Positions 39,466 through 53,751 of a stretch of 64,000 nt of DNA are shown piece after piece (position 1 is the stretch's first letter; the number at the start of each line of letters is the position of its first letter). The position numbers were made by a program, and so were the translations under genes. The notes below the pieces were generated by a model that worked only from the letters and a program-made list of their open reading frames with translations, had not been told where the DNA came from and did no database searches. Origin of the DNA: Octopus sinensis (Eukaryota). The stretch spans positions 14,198,001-14,262,000 of the forward strand of contig NC_043018.1 in assembly GCF_006345805.1 (NCBI RefSeq), written 5' to 3'.

Positions 39466-39749
39466 GATGGAGTGGGAGGGAGCGATGGGCCACATACCCC
39501 AGAAATAATCATGTGCTCAGTCGCATCCCGCGGTGATGGGTGAGATGACGTAGCTGCAGAGAATGGCCAACGACCTTTGTTGCAGCTGCCACGCCACATC
39601 CCGTGTTGCACTTGGTTTGATGAGGATTTTTCTGTAATTCCTTGAAAGTCTCGTAAATTTTCTTGACAGAGGTTGCAATATTGTAGAAAAAATGTCAAAT
39701 AATGACACCCGCACATACATACACTTACACATGTATATATATATATAAA

Positions 39750-41600
39750 TGAAAGAATGGAGTCGAACGACGATTTTAACAGAATTTCTTTACTCTCGAC
39801 ACATGTTTCGAAGGCTGCATATTCCTAATTCCGAAGGAATAAAGGGTGCATTATGCCGCCATCTCATCAGGAAAGACAAGGAACTAATTCCAGCATCATG
39901 AAGAGCAAAAACTTTTAGATGACTGCCCACATGATGTCCACAGTAATAATGAGTGTTTCTTTAAAATCTCCCGTTATAAGCAATGACGTCAGAATTGGTT
40001 GGATGGAGAATGTTCTAAGGAGTTAAAGAGTTCAAATTTGGTTGGGAGGAGAAAGTTATAGGAAGGGGATAGAGTGCAAGCTGTATTGTATGGGGATGCG
40101 TGGGTGCATGCTATTGTTATGAGTTTCAGTGCTTGTGCGTGTGTATGTATATAACTGGATTTCTGCCTCTGGTGTGTGTGTGTGCGTGACTGTGTGTGTA
40201 GGGTGACAAATGTCAGAAACATTAGTAGTGAGGTGACAGATTTGTGTCGATTGTGGGTATGATAGAGAGAGAGAGATAGAGAGCGAGAGAGGAGGGGAGA
40301 TGCAGAGAGAAAGAGGAAAAAACATATCCCAACAAATTTAGTAGTAATTCTTCGTGTAACGCAGTAGAAAAAAGGAATTGTATATGGTGGTGTTGTAGAA
40401 GTGAAACTAAATTATTAAAATCAAAGAGGTTATCTATATTAACCATCATTCATATGAGTGAAAAGTATGTCTCTGCCAATGTTTACACTTATAGGATTTT
40501 TCTACAATTGTGTTTACCAAGGGGAATTTGGAGAAAAGGATAAAGAAGAGTTCGGAATTACAGATGCCACAGAATTTCCTGCCCTTATCAAAAGGAAAGG
40601 ATACAGATAATATGGATCAGTCCAGTTTGAAAGTTATATTGCTGTCCTTAAGACGCCAAACTAATTTACTTAGTCCTGTAGTATGCTGTTTTCTCTTATC
40701 TCGGAAAGTTGAATAATGATTGGAAATTCTCTGGAACAATCGAGAAGTTGTCGCGCCAATATAGAAGAAGACACCGGTAATGGAAGAAATCTTACACTGG
40801 TAAATGGAGTTTTTAATTTTGGAATTACTGGATAAGAACTTTAATCTATTAGGGTTTTCCTCCGAGATTAAAACGGAGTTTCTATTGTTCTGATTGCTGT
40901 TACCATTACTGCTAGCATTGATCACTACACTATTTCTATTATTGTTATTATTATTAGTTGTACTATCACCGGCAATATCTCTGACAATAGAAATGCTGTC
41001 GTTGTTACCATCAACACTACCCCTGTTATTAATCTGACTAATACTATTACTAATATTACCATTGTTAATACTAACGCTGTTACGAATGTTGCTATTATCA
41101 ATACTACCTCTATCATTACTATTGTATGTTTGGTTGAAATTGGTGAGAATAGTGTTGTAACTCCCGGGTGAAGAATCTTTGTTTAGCAGCTTATTATTAT
41201 GGGAGGCGATAATTTGTGAAAGATTTCTAGTGTTAGAGAATGCAATCCTTACCCTATGCGAATTGATAATCGAGTAATACCTAGAATCCCTGGCAAAGTT
41301 CTTAGCTACGGCTTTACGGAACTGTAAAGGAAGGTTTGATTTGATTTGCTTCCCGAAAGGTATAACAAACCAGATATAGTTTTTTGTGGATTTAGAAATG
41401 GTCATATTGCTACTATTGACAGTAAGGGGAAAATTTCTGTGTTGGAAATTTGGGGTTGTTTGTCTATTTCCTCCCCTGGTCCGTAAATTACTTTTCTTAT
41501 GTACAGGGGTGCCGAAATTGTTAGAGCTGGAATCATTATTCTCACTATACATAATCATTATTCACCTTCATCTTCACACGGAATCATCATCATCATCACC
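39750..41600 (-). mobile_element. Penelope-like element 3' part: GIY-YIG endonuclease ORF plus terminal repeat
   Basis: ORF 40617..41558 contains IWFVIPF...IYQCKI...FYIGAT...RISNH...LSKLVWRLK. After a TGA the frame continues SIL...CGIC, typical of PLE GIY-YIG domains. Hammerhead motif downstream. Confidence 0.75.
39793..39875 (-). ncRNA. Hammerhead ribozyme motif
   Basis: On the minus strand: ctttc-CTGATGA-[long stem II]-GAAA-c atgt g-TC-gagag. Stem I ctttc/gagag. Confidence 0.6.
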
Positions 41601-43016
41601 ACCACCACCAATTTTCTGTATATTATATGTGTTTTAAGTCCTGGTGTATTTGTTATGCATTTGCCTGAATATTTTTTTATCATGCCTAATGCACCTACTA
41701 TGATAGGAATTGTTTCTGTTTTTAGATTCCACATTCTGGTTACCTCCGTTTCCAGGTCTTTGTATTTTGAAAGTTTCTCCATTTCTTTTAGAGACACGTT
41801 GTCGCCTCCTCGTATTGATACATCAATTAGAAAGCATTTTCTTTTTCTTCATGATCTCTGACAACTATATCTGGTCTGTTGGCCTTAATTTCTCTATCTG
41901 TGTGTATTGGCATATCCCAGAGTATGGTTGCTTTCTCGTTTTCTGTGACCTTGTCTGGTGTGTGCCTATACCATCTTTTTTCTGTTGTTATTCCATAATG
42001 TTGGCATAACTTCCAGTGTATGTAGGTCCCAACTCTGTCGTGTCTGTGAATATATTCCTTCTTAGCCAGGACTGGGCAGCCAGATATAATATGATTTATT
42101 GTTTCTTGTCCATCTCCACATATTCTGCAGTTACTTGTTATATTTCTTTTCTGGTGGGAATTTCTGGTGGGGAGGCTTTGGTCTTGTGCTGCAATTAAAA
42201 ATCCCTCTGTCTCTGCTTTGAGTCCTGAGCTTCTCAACCATTGCTGGGATTTTTCTTTGTCTATTTCTTTTGCATTTAGTTTAGTCCAGTATTTGCCATG
42301 AAGGGGCTTTTCTTGCCATCGTTTTATCATGGTTCGTTGCTGTTCTAGTTTTAGTTTGGATTTTATTTGTTTTATAGCTTTTATTGTTTCTTCTTCTTCT
42401 TCTTCATCATCTTCTTCTTCTTCTTCTTCTCTTCTTCTTCTTCTTCTCTTCTTCTTCTTTCTTCTTCTTCTTCTTCTTCATCATCTTCTTCTTTTCTTCT
42501 TCTTCTTCCTCATTATCTTCTTCTTCTTTCTTCTTCTTCTTCTTCCTCATTATCTCCTTCTTCTTCTTCTTCTTCTTCTTCTACGTCTTCTTTTTCTTCT
42601 CTTCTTCTTCTTCTTTTTCTTCTTCTTCTTCTTCATATTGTTAGGTGGTATGATTTCTTTTTTTATTTGTCAGCTTCCTAAAATACTGAGAACAGTTTTT
42701 TGTTTTGCTCGTGTTTTGCCGCTATTTGTATCAGTTTTCCTTCTTTCTGAAGTAGATATTTTTGCAGTCCTATGGTGGTTATTTTATAGTAGTTTTCCAG
42801 CTGTATAAGGCCTCTACCACCTTCTATACGTTGTATATATTGTATATATAGCCTTTCTATGTCAGATTTTGAATGATGCATCCTAGATCCTGTCATTATA
42901 TTTCTTGTTTTCCTATCCATTTTGGTCAGTTCATTTAGTGTCCAGTTAAGGATATTGTAGCTGTAACTTATAACTGGGACAGCTAAAGTGTTAATACCTA
43001 TTATCTTGTTTTATTA

Positions 43017-43083
<67 letters not shown>

Positions 43084-43099
43084 GTTATTATTTCTTCCA

Positions 43100-44500
43100 C
43101 ACAGAATTATTTTTCTTTTTAGAATGCCGAAGGTAGTACTAGCCTACATTGTTTACAGGTAGCGTTACTAACTCATAGAGACCTGACAGAAATCCTACAA
43201 AAGGATTTATATTATTTTTCACACTGTGATGTTCAGTTCTGTGTTAGAGTCCCAGTTTTATCGAACAGTGTTGCTTCAGAAACTATTTTCAATAGAATTT
43301 ATATATTTTTCACTGTGTGTAGTTCAGTTCCTTTCCGACATTCTTACGAGCGTTCGTAACCTCGTTACCACTGTTATTACAACACCGTTATACAGCGGGA
43401 GATATTCTCGTCGCCACTGATATGTCCTACATTATGACAACGTATTCCGCCGCCTGCGTGACTGGCCCGTACGGCGTACCTCGCCGACTGACACTGCTTG
43501 CTGTGTCTGTCCACCATTTATCAGTAGTGGAACAGCCCACTTCTCACTTGGAGGTGTCCGCCACAACATGTATATACAATGAACTATCAACGAAAACTCA
43601 TAGACACACGCGACATAATAATCCAACTGTTTCTTCCAATCCTTTACAACACACTCGATCAAATAAGCAAAACAACAGATATAGGAATCAAGATGTTCTC
43701 TGGTTCAACTCGATTTTCGGTTCGCATGTTTCAACCAAGATCGCTGGAAAACTTTTGGACAAAGGTTTTCCTAAACCTAATCGGTATCATGCTATTTTTA
43801 ATAGGCTTACCGTGAAGGTCTCCTACGCTAACTCTGCTAATTTTGAGTAGCTTATGCATCGTATGAATAGCAAAATGCGACGAAGGTTCAATAACCCAAC
43901 CACTGGATCTAGCGAGCATACGCATCTGAATGCTAATAAAGGAGATCTAAACCGCAATGAAAAACACACCAGTTATGGCCAATAGTAGAAATACTATTGA
44001 TAGAGCTAACACGGTAACAACGTCGATAAATGGAGTCGGGACTGTCTTATATACAATTAAAAATGCGATAAATGCTCATGCAGAGAAAAATCAAAATGTC
44101 CATTGATGAATCTTTGTATGAGTACAAATCTTGTATATAAATGTACCGTGCTTACAAGGAGATGGCCGCGTGTTTACATTGAGCAGACGGCTGCTTCATT
44201 TATCGTAATCTTGTTGCCATCTTTAAGACAATCAATAAGACATCCTATATATTTGGCTGATTTTGTATGGTGACTGAAGGAGGATAAAATGAAGTACAGC
44301 ATATGCTGGTCCATAGTAAGGTACGCGAAACCATACAATATAATTTCCAGAAGATGCCGTCTCTGCTCCTACAAATCTCTGTCTAATTTGTGGACTAATG
44401 ACAAGACAATTAACAGACTTTCTGAAATACTCTCGAGATGCCTAGACGCATATGAATGTATTTTCGCAGAATGCAGGGGGAATGAACTTTGAGTAACTGC
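43100..44500 (+). mobile_element. Degenerate Penelope-like GIY-YIG relic (mirror about 19240-20630, -)
   Basis: VLWFNSIF...RYHAIFNRLTVKVSY and LADFVW.LKEDK..YSICWSI...Y...CRLC motifs, broken by stops. Confidence 0.65.
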
Positions 44501-45078
44501 TAACAGAATTTATTTTAAGGTATAGATGACTTAAGTTTACTTTTAACATCTCCATTCTTACAAACACAAAGTAGATAGTTAACTCGCTTTGTAATCATGA
44601 GCGCACCAAACCTCACGTGTACGTATGCTCACATTTCCGCGGATGCTTGTATGATCGAGTGTACTCGCACCATGCAGCTTGTCCGAGGACGTTAATACAT
44701 CCATATATGTTAACGGTTATTTCTAATAATTTCCTCGCTGTATTGCCTGTTCATTTCTCTTTTTTTTTTATCTGTGATTTCATTTTTCAACTTCTATGTA
44801 AATGAAGATATTTCCACCACCTGGCTACTTTTCCTTCTACAAAACGAGACGTTATATTGCGGAATTGTTCTTTAACGATTTGTGACTATTTATCACCCGA
44901 TGAGACACATCTGCACCACCGGATGCTTCTGAACCAGTTTTTGAGTGTCCCACCCTCAGGGTTCGATGGTAGATGTATGGAAACAATTGTCGTGATTAAT
45001 AAATTCTCGTATATTCTATTTTTCCGTCTTTCAGTTACCATATGTGTGTGTGTTGGCGTATACATATATATATATGTA

Positions 45079-45161
<83 letters not shown>

Positions 45162-45213
45162 GCATACATATATATATATGCATATATGTATTTATGTATG
45201 TATGTATGTATGT

Positions 45214-45251
<38 letters not shown>

Positions 45252-46129
45252 GTATGTGTGTGTGTATATATATATATATATGTGTGTGCGTATGTGTATG
45301 TATGTATGTATCTATGTATGTATAGGTATAACAGAAAGAAATGTAATTCCACGCAGGAAAATATATAGGAAGATTTCATTTCGGTTTGAAAAGGCACATG
45401 CATCTGAAAACTTGTGGTCGTTTTCAAATTTCGTATTAGATTTATCGAAATATCAAACTGTTTTCCACAATTTTTTGCTCATCAATTGTACCAATAAATA
45501 TACAAAATGTTTAGTAGAGTTTAAAGTTAGAAAGTAAAATTCGGAAAAACACGTTTCAACGAACAAATTTTCAAATATTCGCAAAAGTCTCAATGTGGTA
45601 CACAAGCGATGATATTCGGTGAAGATCCTAAAAATGCACATTATTTAAACTTCAGTCATATTGAGTTTATATTTTTAAAATATGTTGGGAAGGAAGTGAA
45701 AAAAATGGAGGGAGCGAAAAATGGTTGGTTAATGTTGACATTTTTACCCGGAAATTAAATCGAAACAAAAATAGTGCAACTTATGTAAAAAAAAAAGGCT
45801 TAGGAAACGAATATGAATCCCAAAATGCCCGGAAAGCAACGTTGGTGGGCAGAGGCCTCCGGAAAATCCCCAAAATCCGATGTTTTTCCCTCATAACGTT
45901 TTGGAAAGTGGGGTTTTTGAATGAAATTTTATACCTTTCAAACGGTATAGATTACGATTATAAAGAAATTTGTGAGGGTGGAAAGAGAAATTTGGAAAAT
46001 TCACAAGATCCGATGTTTTTCCCTCGTAACTTTGAGGAAGATATAATCCTTTTGGAATCACAAATTATGCTTTTTTTCGCTAACTTAAATGCTAAACATC
46101 CCTTTGAAGGGTTCGGGGCCTTACGTCAA

Positions 46130-46890
46130 CGGCACTGACAGCCTATGGAAGAAGTTTAAGGACAATAGAAATCAGGAGAGGCATCTTCCAAGGGGACTGC
46201 CTGTCCCCACTGATCTTTGTACTGTGCATGATACCACTAATACTGATTCTGAGGAAAGCAAAGGCTGGGTATGTATTCAAAAGCCGCCAACAAAATCTCA
46301 ACCACTTGTTATTCATGGATGACCTCAAACTTTATGGTAAAGATGAATCCCAAGTCAGTTCCGTCGTTGATACGATGTATAGTTTCAGTGCTGATATCAG
46401 AATGGAGCTGGTCTGAGAAAGTATGGTGTGTTAGTCTTGAAGAGAGGCAAAATCAAATGTATGGACGGGCTAGCGATACCGTTGAGGGACGTTATGAAAC
46501 AGATAGAAAAGACGGACTATACGTACTTGGGGACATTGGAAATGGATAAATTGATGGAGAAAGAAATGACAGAAAAACATAAGGTGGAGTACTTGTGCAG
46601 ACTGAGACTGATCCTTAAGTCGAAATTAAACGGACGGAATAAGATTGAATCTATCAACAACTGGGCGGTTTCATTCCTGAGATGTGGAGCAGAGGTAATC
46701 GCATGGAGAGTAGACGAACTAAACAGCATAGACAGAGAGAGATAAGGAAGTTGACGACTAGATATGGGATACTCCACCCAAAGAGCGACACAGACAGACT
46801 GCATGTATCAAGAAAAAGAAAGAGGGGGGAAGAGGACTTATTGGATGCAAACACAGCATTAGGGCAGAAGAAAACAACATTGCATAGTAT
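46130..46890 (+). mobile_element. R4/Dong-like RT fragment (mirror about 17330-18110, -)
   Basis: NHLLFMDDLKLYGK and YTYLG motifs, frameshifted. Confidence 0.75.
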
Positions 46891-47456
46891 GTAAAAAATG
46901 CCACAGAACCGCTTTTATTGGAAGAAGATCATGTTTATTTCATTCATTGTTGGCAATGTTCTCTGTCTGTCTGACCCTCTCTCTCTCTCACAGACACACA
47001 CGCGCGCGTACGACAATGCTTACAGAAGGGCTGCTAGACTGAAATCTCCATGTTGCTTTGAGGGAAAGGTAAAATTTTACAAACTACTTCTCCCTTTGCT
47101 GTTGGACTCGCGTGATGTTTGCTTAAAAAAAGAGATTATGACTGTGATAAAATAACGAAAGCAATACTTACTAAGCAAGTGAGCAGTATTATACAAAGAA
47201 AAAAATAGACGTAAAATTGTTAGACTTAGGAGCCAATGTGAGAATATTATCAAGGGGCTAATATCTGCTAATATATATCTATATACATACATACTACAGG
47301 AATCATTCAGTTCCTGTATACCAAATCCACTGACAAGGCTTTGGTCGGTCCGAGGATATAGTAGAAGAAACCTCCCCAAGGTACCACGCAGTGGCACTGA
47401 ACACGGACGCACGTTGCTGGGAATCAAGCTTTTTACCACACTGCCACTCATGCGCC

Positions 47457-47520
<64 letters not shown>

Positions 47521-47522
<2 letters not shown>

Positions 47523-50500
47523 GTAGTGGGTAGCGAACTTCTTCACTACTTCAGGGAGTGACGACCCTGCCTGACAAGAGTCCCGGGCTCTGCTGGCTCC
47601 GGCTGACAGTACCCAGTATGGGCCCCTATCCAGGGTTACGGAAAGGAGACAACCTTCGAAGAAATCCAGAGTGGAGCCCCGAAGGCGGTTTAGTGTTCAA
47701 CTCGACACTCTTCCGGCAGCTCCTGCAACCAAGCTGGTGCCAAACGTAATGCTCTGCACTCCTTTGGAATACATCAGCAAGGTCGAGAGAGGAAACCTGA
47801 CGATTGGGTTACCCAGGACTTTCTTATATCTAGCCCAGGCCTGCGCAAAACTGGAAAGGACACTTCAGTGCTGCTGTAGAAAGCTGCAGAAACAACACGG
47901 GAGGTAACAGTCACGTGTGATAAGTCCATTCAGATTGGCCTGCTTCATTGGGTGCTTGGAGCTAAGAGTATGGCTTGAAAAGCGGCCTGCAACCTCTGCA
48001 CCAGGCAAACAACTAAAAAACACAAGAAACCACCAGTCCTGCGGTTGGCTAGCTGGAATGTCAGAACCATGTGCTCTGGAATATCTGATGATCTACCCAG
48101 GGTTGAAGACACAAGGAAAACAGCCATCATTGACCGTGAACTAAAGAGGCTTAACATAGACATTGATGGGCTACAGGAGACAAGACTTCCCTCAAACGGC
48201 AAACTCAAAGAACAGGATTTCACCTTCTTTTGGCAGGGAAGCGATCCAGAAGAACCTCGTCATTATGGCGTTGGCTTTGCAGTGAGAAACTCATTACTCT
48301 CCTCAATAGAACCACCATCAGGAGGCACTGAGCGTATTCTCTCACTGCGCCTCTCGACTTCTTCTGGCTCAGTACATCTACTCAGCATCTATGCTCCCAC
48401 TCTCTACAGCTCAGAGGAGACCAAGGACCAGTTCTACAAAGATCTCAACTGTGTCATAAAAACTATACCAACAACTGAAAATATCTACCTTCTAGGGGAA
48501 TTTAACGCTCGCGTGGGATCTGACCATGATTCGTGGCCCATTTGTGTTGGACACTTTGGTATTGGCATTATGAATGACAATGGTCAGAGACTACTCTAAT
48601 TCTGCACATACCATAACCTGTGCCTCACAAACACATTCTTTACCAACAAGCCATCCCCCAAGGCATCTTGGAAACATCCAAGATCCCACCACTGGCATCA
48701 GCTGGATCTCATCATTACACGGAAATCCTTTCTGAATTCTGTTCTACAGACCCGCAGTTACCACAGCGCGGATTGTGACACAGACCACTCACTTATTAGA
48801 AGTAGGGTGAGGATTCTGCCTAAAAAAGTCCATCGCTCCAAAAAAGTGGGCCGACCACGCATTAATACTGCCAGAACCTCGGACCCTACACTGCGAAAAT
48901 GTTTTGCTGCTTCTATCAAGGTTGCCCTCAGTAGCTGCCCAACCTCCTCTGCTGAAGGTAGGTGGAATTATATCGGGGAAGCTTGTATACCACATCAATA
49001 GATACTTTCGGCATAAGAGAAAGGCAAAACCCAGATTGGTTCAATGCTGGGCTCTGAGAGCTGGAGCCAGTTATCGAAGCAAAGCGTGTAGCTCTGATGC
49101 AATACAAGAGTGATTCTTCTACAAAGTCACTCGAAGAACTCAGAAAGGCAAGAAATAAAACCCAACTGACAGCCAGACGCTGTGCAAATAGGTATTGGCA
49201 GGAAATCTGTCAGAGTATCCAGTCAGCAGCTGACAGGGGCGACACCCGTGGGATGTATGCCGGTTTGAAGAATGCCCTCGGTCCATCCGCAACCAAGTCG
49301 GCCCCTCTGAAAGCAACTACTGGAGATCTCATCAGGGATCAAAGCAATCAAATGGATAGATGGGTGGAGCACTACCAGGATCTCTACTCACGGGAGACTA
49401 CAGTAGCTGAGGCTGCAATCGAGAGTGTCAAGATCTTGCCAGTCATGTGCGAACTTGACAGTCCGTCATCTATAGCAGAGCTCACCAAGGCTATTGACTC
49501 CCTAGCAAGTAACAAGGCTCCGGGAAAAGACGGCATTCCCTCAGAGATCATCAAAGCCTGCAAAAACACCATCCTGCTTCGGCACGTTCATGAGCTTCTG
49601 TGTCTGTGCTGGGAAGAGGGTACAGTCCCTCAGGATATGCGGGATGCTAACATCATTACGCTCTACAAAAACAAATGTGACCGTGGTGATTGTAACAATT
49701 ACCGTGGAATATCTCTTCTAAGCACTGTTGGAAAGACCTTTGCTCGCGTTATCCTGGCCAGGCTACAACTACTTGCTTCTCGAATCTATCCAGAATCGCA
49801 GTGTGGCTTTAGAAGAAGCAGATCAACTATTGATATGATATTCTCCATACGCCAACTTCAGGAGAAGTCCAGAGAGCAGAAAATACCACTATATATGACC
49901 TTCATTGATCTAACAAAGGCCTTTGACTCGGTAAGTAGAAATGGCCTCTTCATCCTACTCCAAAAAATCTCCAAAGCTGCTGAGGATCATCAAGTCTTTC
50001 CATGATGATATGCAAGGCACCATACAGCACAATGGTTCAACACCAGCCGCCTTCCAAATAAAAAACGGGGTAAAGCAAGGTTGTGTCCTCGCTCCTACGT
50101 TATTTGGCATTTTCTTCTCGCTCTTGCTCTCCCATGCCTTTCAGACATGAGATGATGGAGTGTTTCTGCACTGTAGAAGTGACGGGAAATAGTTCAATCT
50201 CTCGCGCCTGCGTGCCAAGACAAAAATCAGAAACGTCCTGATCAAGGAGATGCTATTTGCTGATGATGCCGCTCTGGTATCACACACAGAAGAAGCCCTT
50301 CAAAGGCTCATTAACTGTTTTGAGCAAGCATGTAACGACTTTGGCTTAGCTATCAGCCTTAAGAGGACCAACATCATGGGTCAGGCTACATCGGACATCC
50401 CAAACATACATATTGGAGACCACAGATTACAGGAGGTGGAGAAGTTTACCTATCTTGGCTCTACCGTCACCTACAACCTATCTCTTGACGCTGAGCTCAA

Positions 50501-51281
50501 TATACGCATTGGCAAGGCAGCTGCTGCGATGGCCCAACTATACAAACAGGCATGGGACAACAATAAGCTGACCAAGACCACGAAAATGAAGACCTACAAG
50601 GCACGTGTACTTAGCACTCTACTGTATGGAAGTGAGACTTGGACGCTATACACACGCCAAGAGCGTCGCCTAAACATCTTTCACCTGCGCTGCCTCCGGA
50701 AAAACCTCCGCATCAAATGGCAGAATCCTATCCCCAACAAAGATGTCCTCAGGCAAGCAGGAATACCAAGCATGTTTGCACTCCTCACACAAAGACGTAT
50801 GAGATGGCTTGGGCATGTTAGCTGTAGAATCCCCAAGGACATGGCAGAATCCCCAAGGACATACTCTACGGAGAGCTTGCAAGGGGCACTAGTTCTGTGG
50901 GTAGACCGTTCTTACGTTACAAGGATGTTTGCAAAAGGGACATGAAGGCCTGCAACATCAATATTAACAGTTGGGAAGCAATTGCCAGCAACCTTGCAGA
51001 TTGGCGACGTACCGTAAAAGAGGGAATACAAAGGAGTGACAGAGAGAGAGAGAGGAGAAATGGAAAGACAAGAAAAGACGTCAACAAGAAACTATGACAC
51101 TACAACAAGCCAGGAACAGTCTTCGCTACATTTGCGGCACCTGCCAGAGGGAGTGTTTGTCCAGGATAGGACTACACAGCCACGGCAGGAAATGTATCAG
51201 GACACAAAATGTAAAAGCCGGACTGGACTACTTTATGCGCAACTCCATTGTCTCCCGAGACAAAAAGGATGCCAACCAACC
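47521..51281 (+). mobile_element. Near full-length RTE-clade LINE, disabled
   Basis: APE endonuclease motifs (SWNVRT, GLQETR, IYAPT, FNARVG). RT motifs (YRGISLLS, FIDLTKAFDSV, GVKQGCVLAPTLF, LFADD). C-terminal CxxC...H motif and (CCAA)n tail. (TA)n on both sides. In-frame stops (48597, 50148) and frameshifts. Confidence 0.93.
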
Positions 51282-51291
51282 ATATATATAT

Positions 51292-51385
<94 letters not shown>

Positions 51386-52894
51386 AGAAGTATAGATTAG
51401 TAGATTAATTATTTAGATTTAACTTAATATTTACCTCTATTTTCTATTGTAGTATGATTATAGACATTTATATATGTATTTATTATATGATATATGTGGT
51501 TGTGTGTGTATGTATATATGTGTATATGATGATGTGTGTGTATATATATGTATATGTATATACATTTATTTATTTGTATGTGTGTGGGTGTGTATATATA
51601 GGTGTAAGTGTATATATTGAGTATTGTATGTATGTACATGTATGTATGAGTGTGAAGATGTGTATGCGTGTATGTGTGTGTATATATGTGTGTATATATG
51701 TATATGTATGTATGTGTGTATGTATGTGTATATGTGTATGTATATGTATATGTATGTATATATATATGTATACATATTTTTTTTATATATTTATGTATAC
51801 GTATGTATAGTTATACTACAAATTTTGATAAGTATTTATAGTTTTGGTTATGATCACTAATTTTAGCTTATAATTATAAAGGCATCGGAAAGACTTATAG
51901 TATGTTGAGGGGTTACTATATAAATAAATTTTTATATATTTATTAATCTCATAAGATTTTTAGAATATATTTAATAATTAGTGGTTTTTAATCATTTAAA
52001 TCATTTAATTTATTTTGTATTAAGTTCATTTATCATAGTTATTTTATTAAATAATATTATAGTATAGAGAGATTTTATTCTTTATTTGTGACTTCATTCT
52101 ATTTACAATGATAAACAAATAATTTTCCCATTCACAATCATTAATAAAACGTAGGTTCCTCACCCGTATTGAATTCTTCAACAATTTATTCTTTTTTTTG
52201 CTAATAACGTAATTACGAGAGTATTCTAATAAACGCTGTAAAGACGTTTTCCGATTCAAAATTTTAGTTCATTGCTAAACCTCGCTAAGATAAGTATGTA
52301 TTTATTTAAGATCTTCAAATTGTAAATTTTAATATTGTATAAGTCTTTGGAGTAATAATATTCCCCTTATGTAAATATCGTTGTTTTAACTTAGTTATTT
52401 CTTTAAATAGATATTCGCTAGTTATTCCCATTGATAATTATATTTATAGTATTTATAGTATTTATTCGATACTATATTACTACGAATGAATTATTTCTAA
52501 AAGTATTTTACATAAGATTTCCGAAAATTCGTTTAAGTTTGTTTATTTATATTTTGAAATTAGCTATTTCATCTTTAAATATGAAAAATTAAATTTATTA
52601 GGTTTTTATTATATGTGCATATACATTTATTTATAGAGATTATTTTAGATCTTAATTATAATATTTATATACATTTATATATTTTCATTGATAATTTATA
52701 TATATTAGTCATTTTTAAATATTTATGTAATTAGATATAGACTAATACCGAAATTAGATTATGGGTGGGTTTCCTACCTTATAAATTAAAATTAATATTT
52801 AACATTATAGTCGATTTTGATATAATCATAATTGTTAAGTTCTATGTTTCTAGTTTGATAATAGAGTTTATTATAAGTAAAATTATTATATTAT

Positions 52895-53484
52895 TACAAT
52901 AATAAATCTCTGAGCGAGATATAAACAGTAACTGCTCTATAACGTAAGGGGGATCAGCCATCTGAATGTGGCTAGGGACAGGGCGGGGTGGTGGGAGTGT
53001 TACTGATGCATTTAGCCCCAGGCGATCATCGACGTCACCAGAAGGACCGACACCATCACGGTGTCCTTGCTAGCCTGTAAAGCGAGATCAGCCTCCCCGA
53101 AGATACGGATACTACAGCAGTTATAGAGCAATTACTGTTTATATCTCGCTCAGAGATTTATTATTGTTTTCGAACGGTTTTTCTACATCAGTGACTGTGG
53201 TTACTGTGAAAATCCTTATATATGCAGCCTGTGGAGAGAGTCCCTCATCGAAGAACGGTGCTTACCATGCATTGATAAGAGGCAATTACCTCGAAACCGG
53301 TCCGTATGTAGTATCCGTATCTTCGGGGAGGCTGATCTCCCTTTACAGGCTAGCAAGGACACCGTCATGGTGTCGGTCCTTCTGGTGACGTCGATGATCG
53401 CCTGGGGCTAAATGCATCAGTAACACCCCCACCACCCCGCCCTGTCCCTAGCCACATTCAGATGGCTGATCCCCCTTACGTTAT
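52895..53484. repeat. Overlapping inverted repeats a-b-a'-c-b'
   Basis: a (about 52895-52943) inverts at 53120-53166. b (about 52944-53115) inverts at 53309-53484. Confidence 0.9.
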
Positions 53485-53547
53485 TATATTATTTATATCT
53501 TAAAAATATTGTTTAAATATTTTTGATTATATTTTAGATATTTCAAT

Positions 53548-53616
53548 CACCTGAAGATTGACTGTAACCATAACTCGAATTATTACGAATTGGACAGACA
53601 TGAAACGATCGTAGTG
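53548..53616 (+). ncRNA. Hammerhead ribozyme motif in a Penelope-like terminal repeat
   Basis: cac-CTGAAGA-[tgactgt...acagaca]-GAAA-cgatcg-TA-gtg. Palindromic stem III (acgatcgt) as in dimerising minimal hammerheads. Confidence 0.7.
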
Positions 53617-53751
53617 TTTTAATCATTATCTTTTATTAATCTTTTAATACTTTTGATATATATTTAAAATAATTTAAATTAATTAATTTTCTGTATTGGC
53701 TTAAGTTTTTCATTGTTTGATTTGCCTAAAAGTGGTTTTATCTCTAATTTA

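Larger units (their letters stand above)
41610..50355 (+). repeat. Longer copy of the second inverted duplicated block
   Basis: Matches 15885-21932 (e.g. ORFs 46089+ vs 17785-, 43422+ vs 20031-). Confidence 0.9.

Noticed and set aside
47521-51281. Active autonomous RTE
   Set aside because: Several in-frame stops and frameshifts.
51780-52890. Possible NUMT or mitochondrial control region
   Set aside because: Very AT-rich, but I recognised no mitochondrial gene, rRNA or tRNA. A decayed Penelope-like body is possible but unproven.
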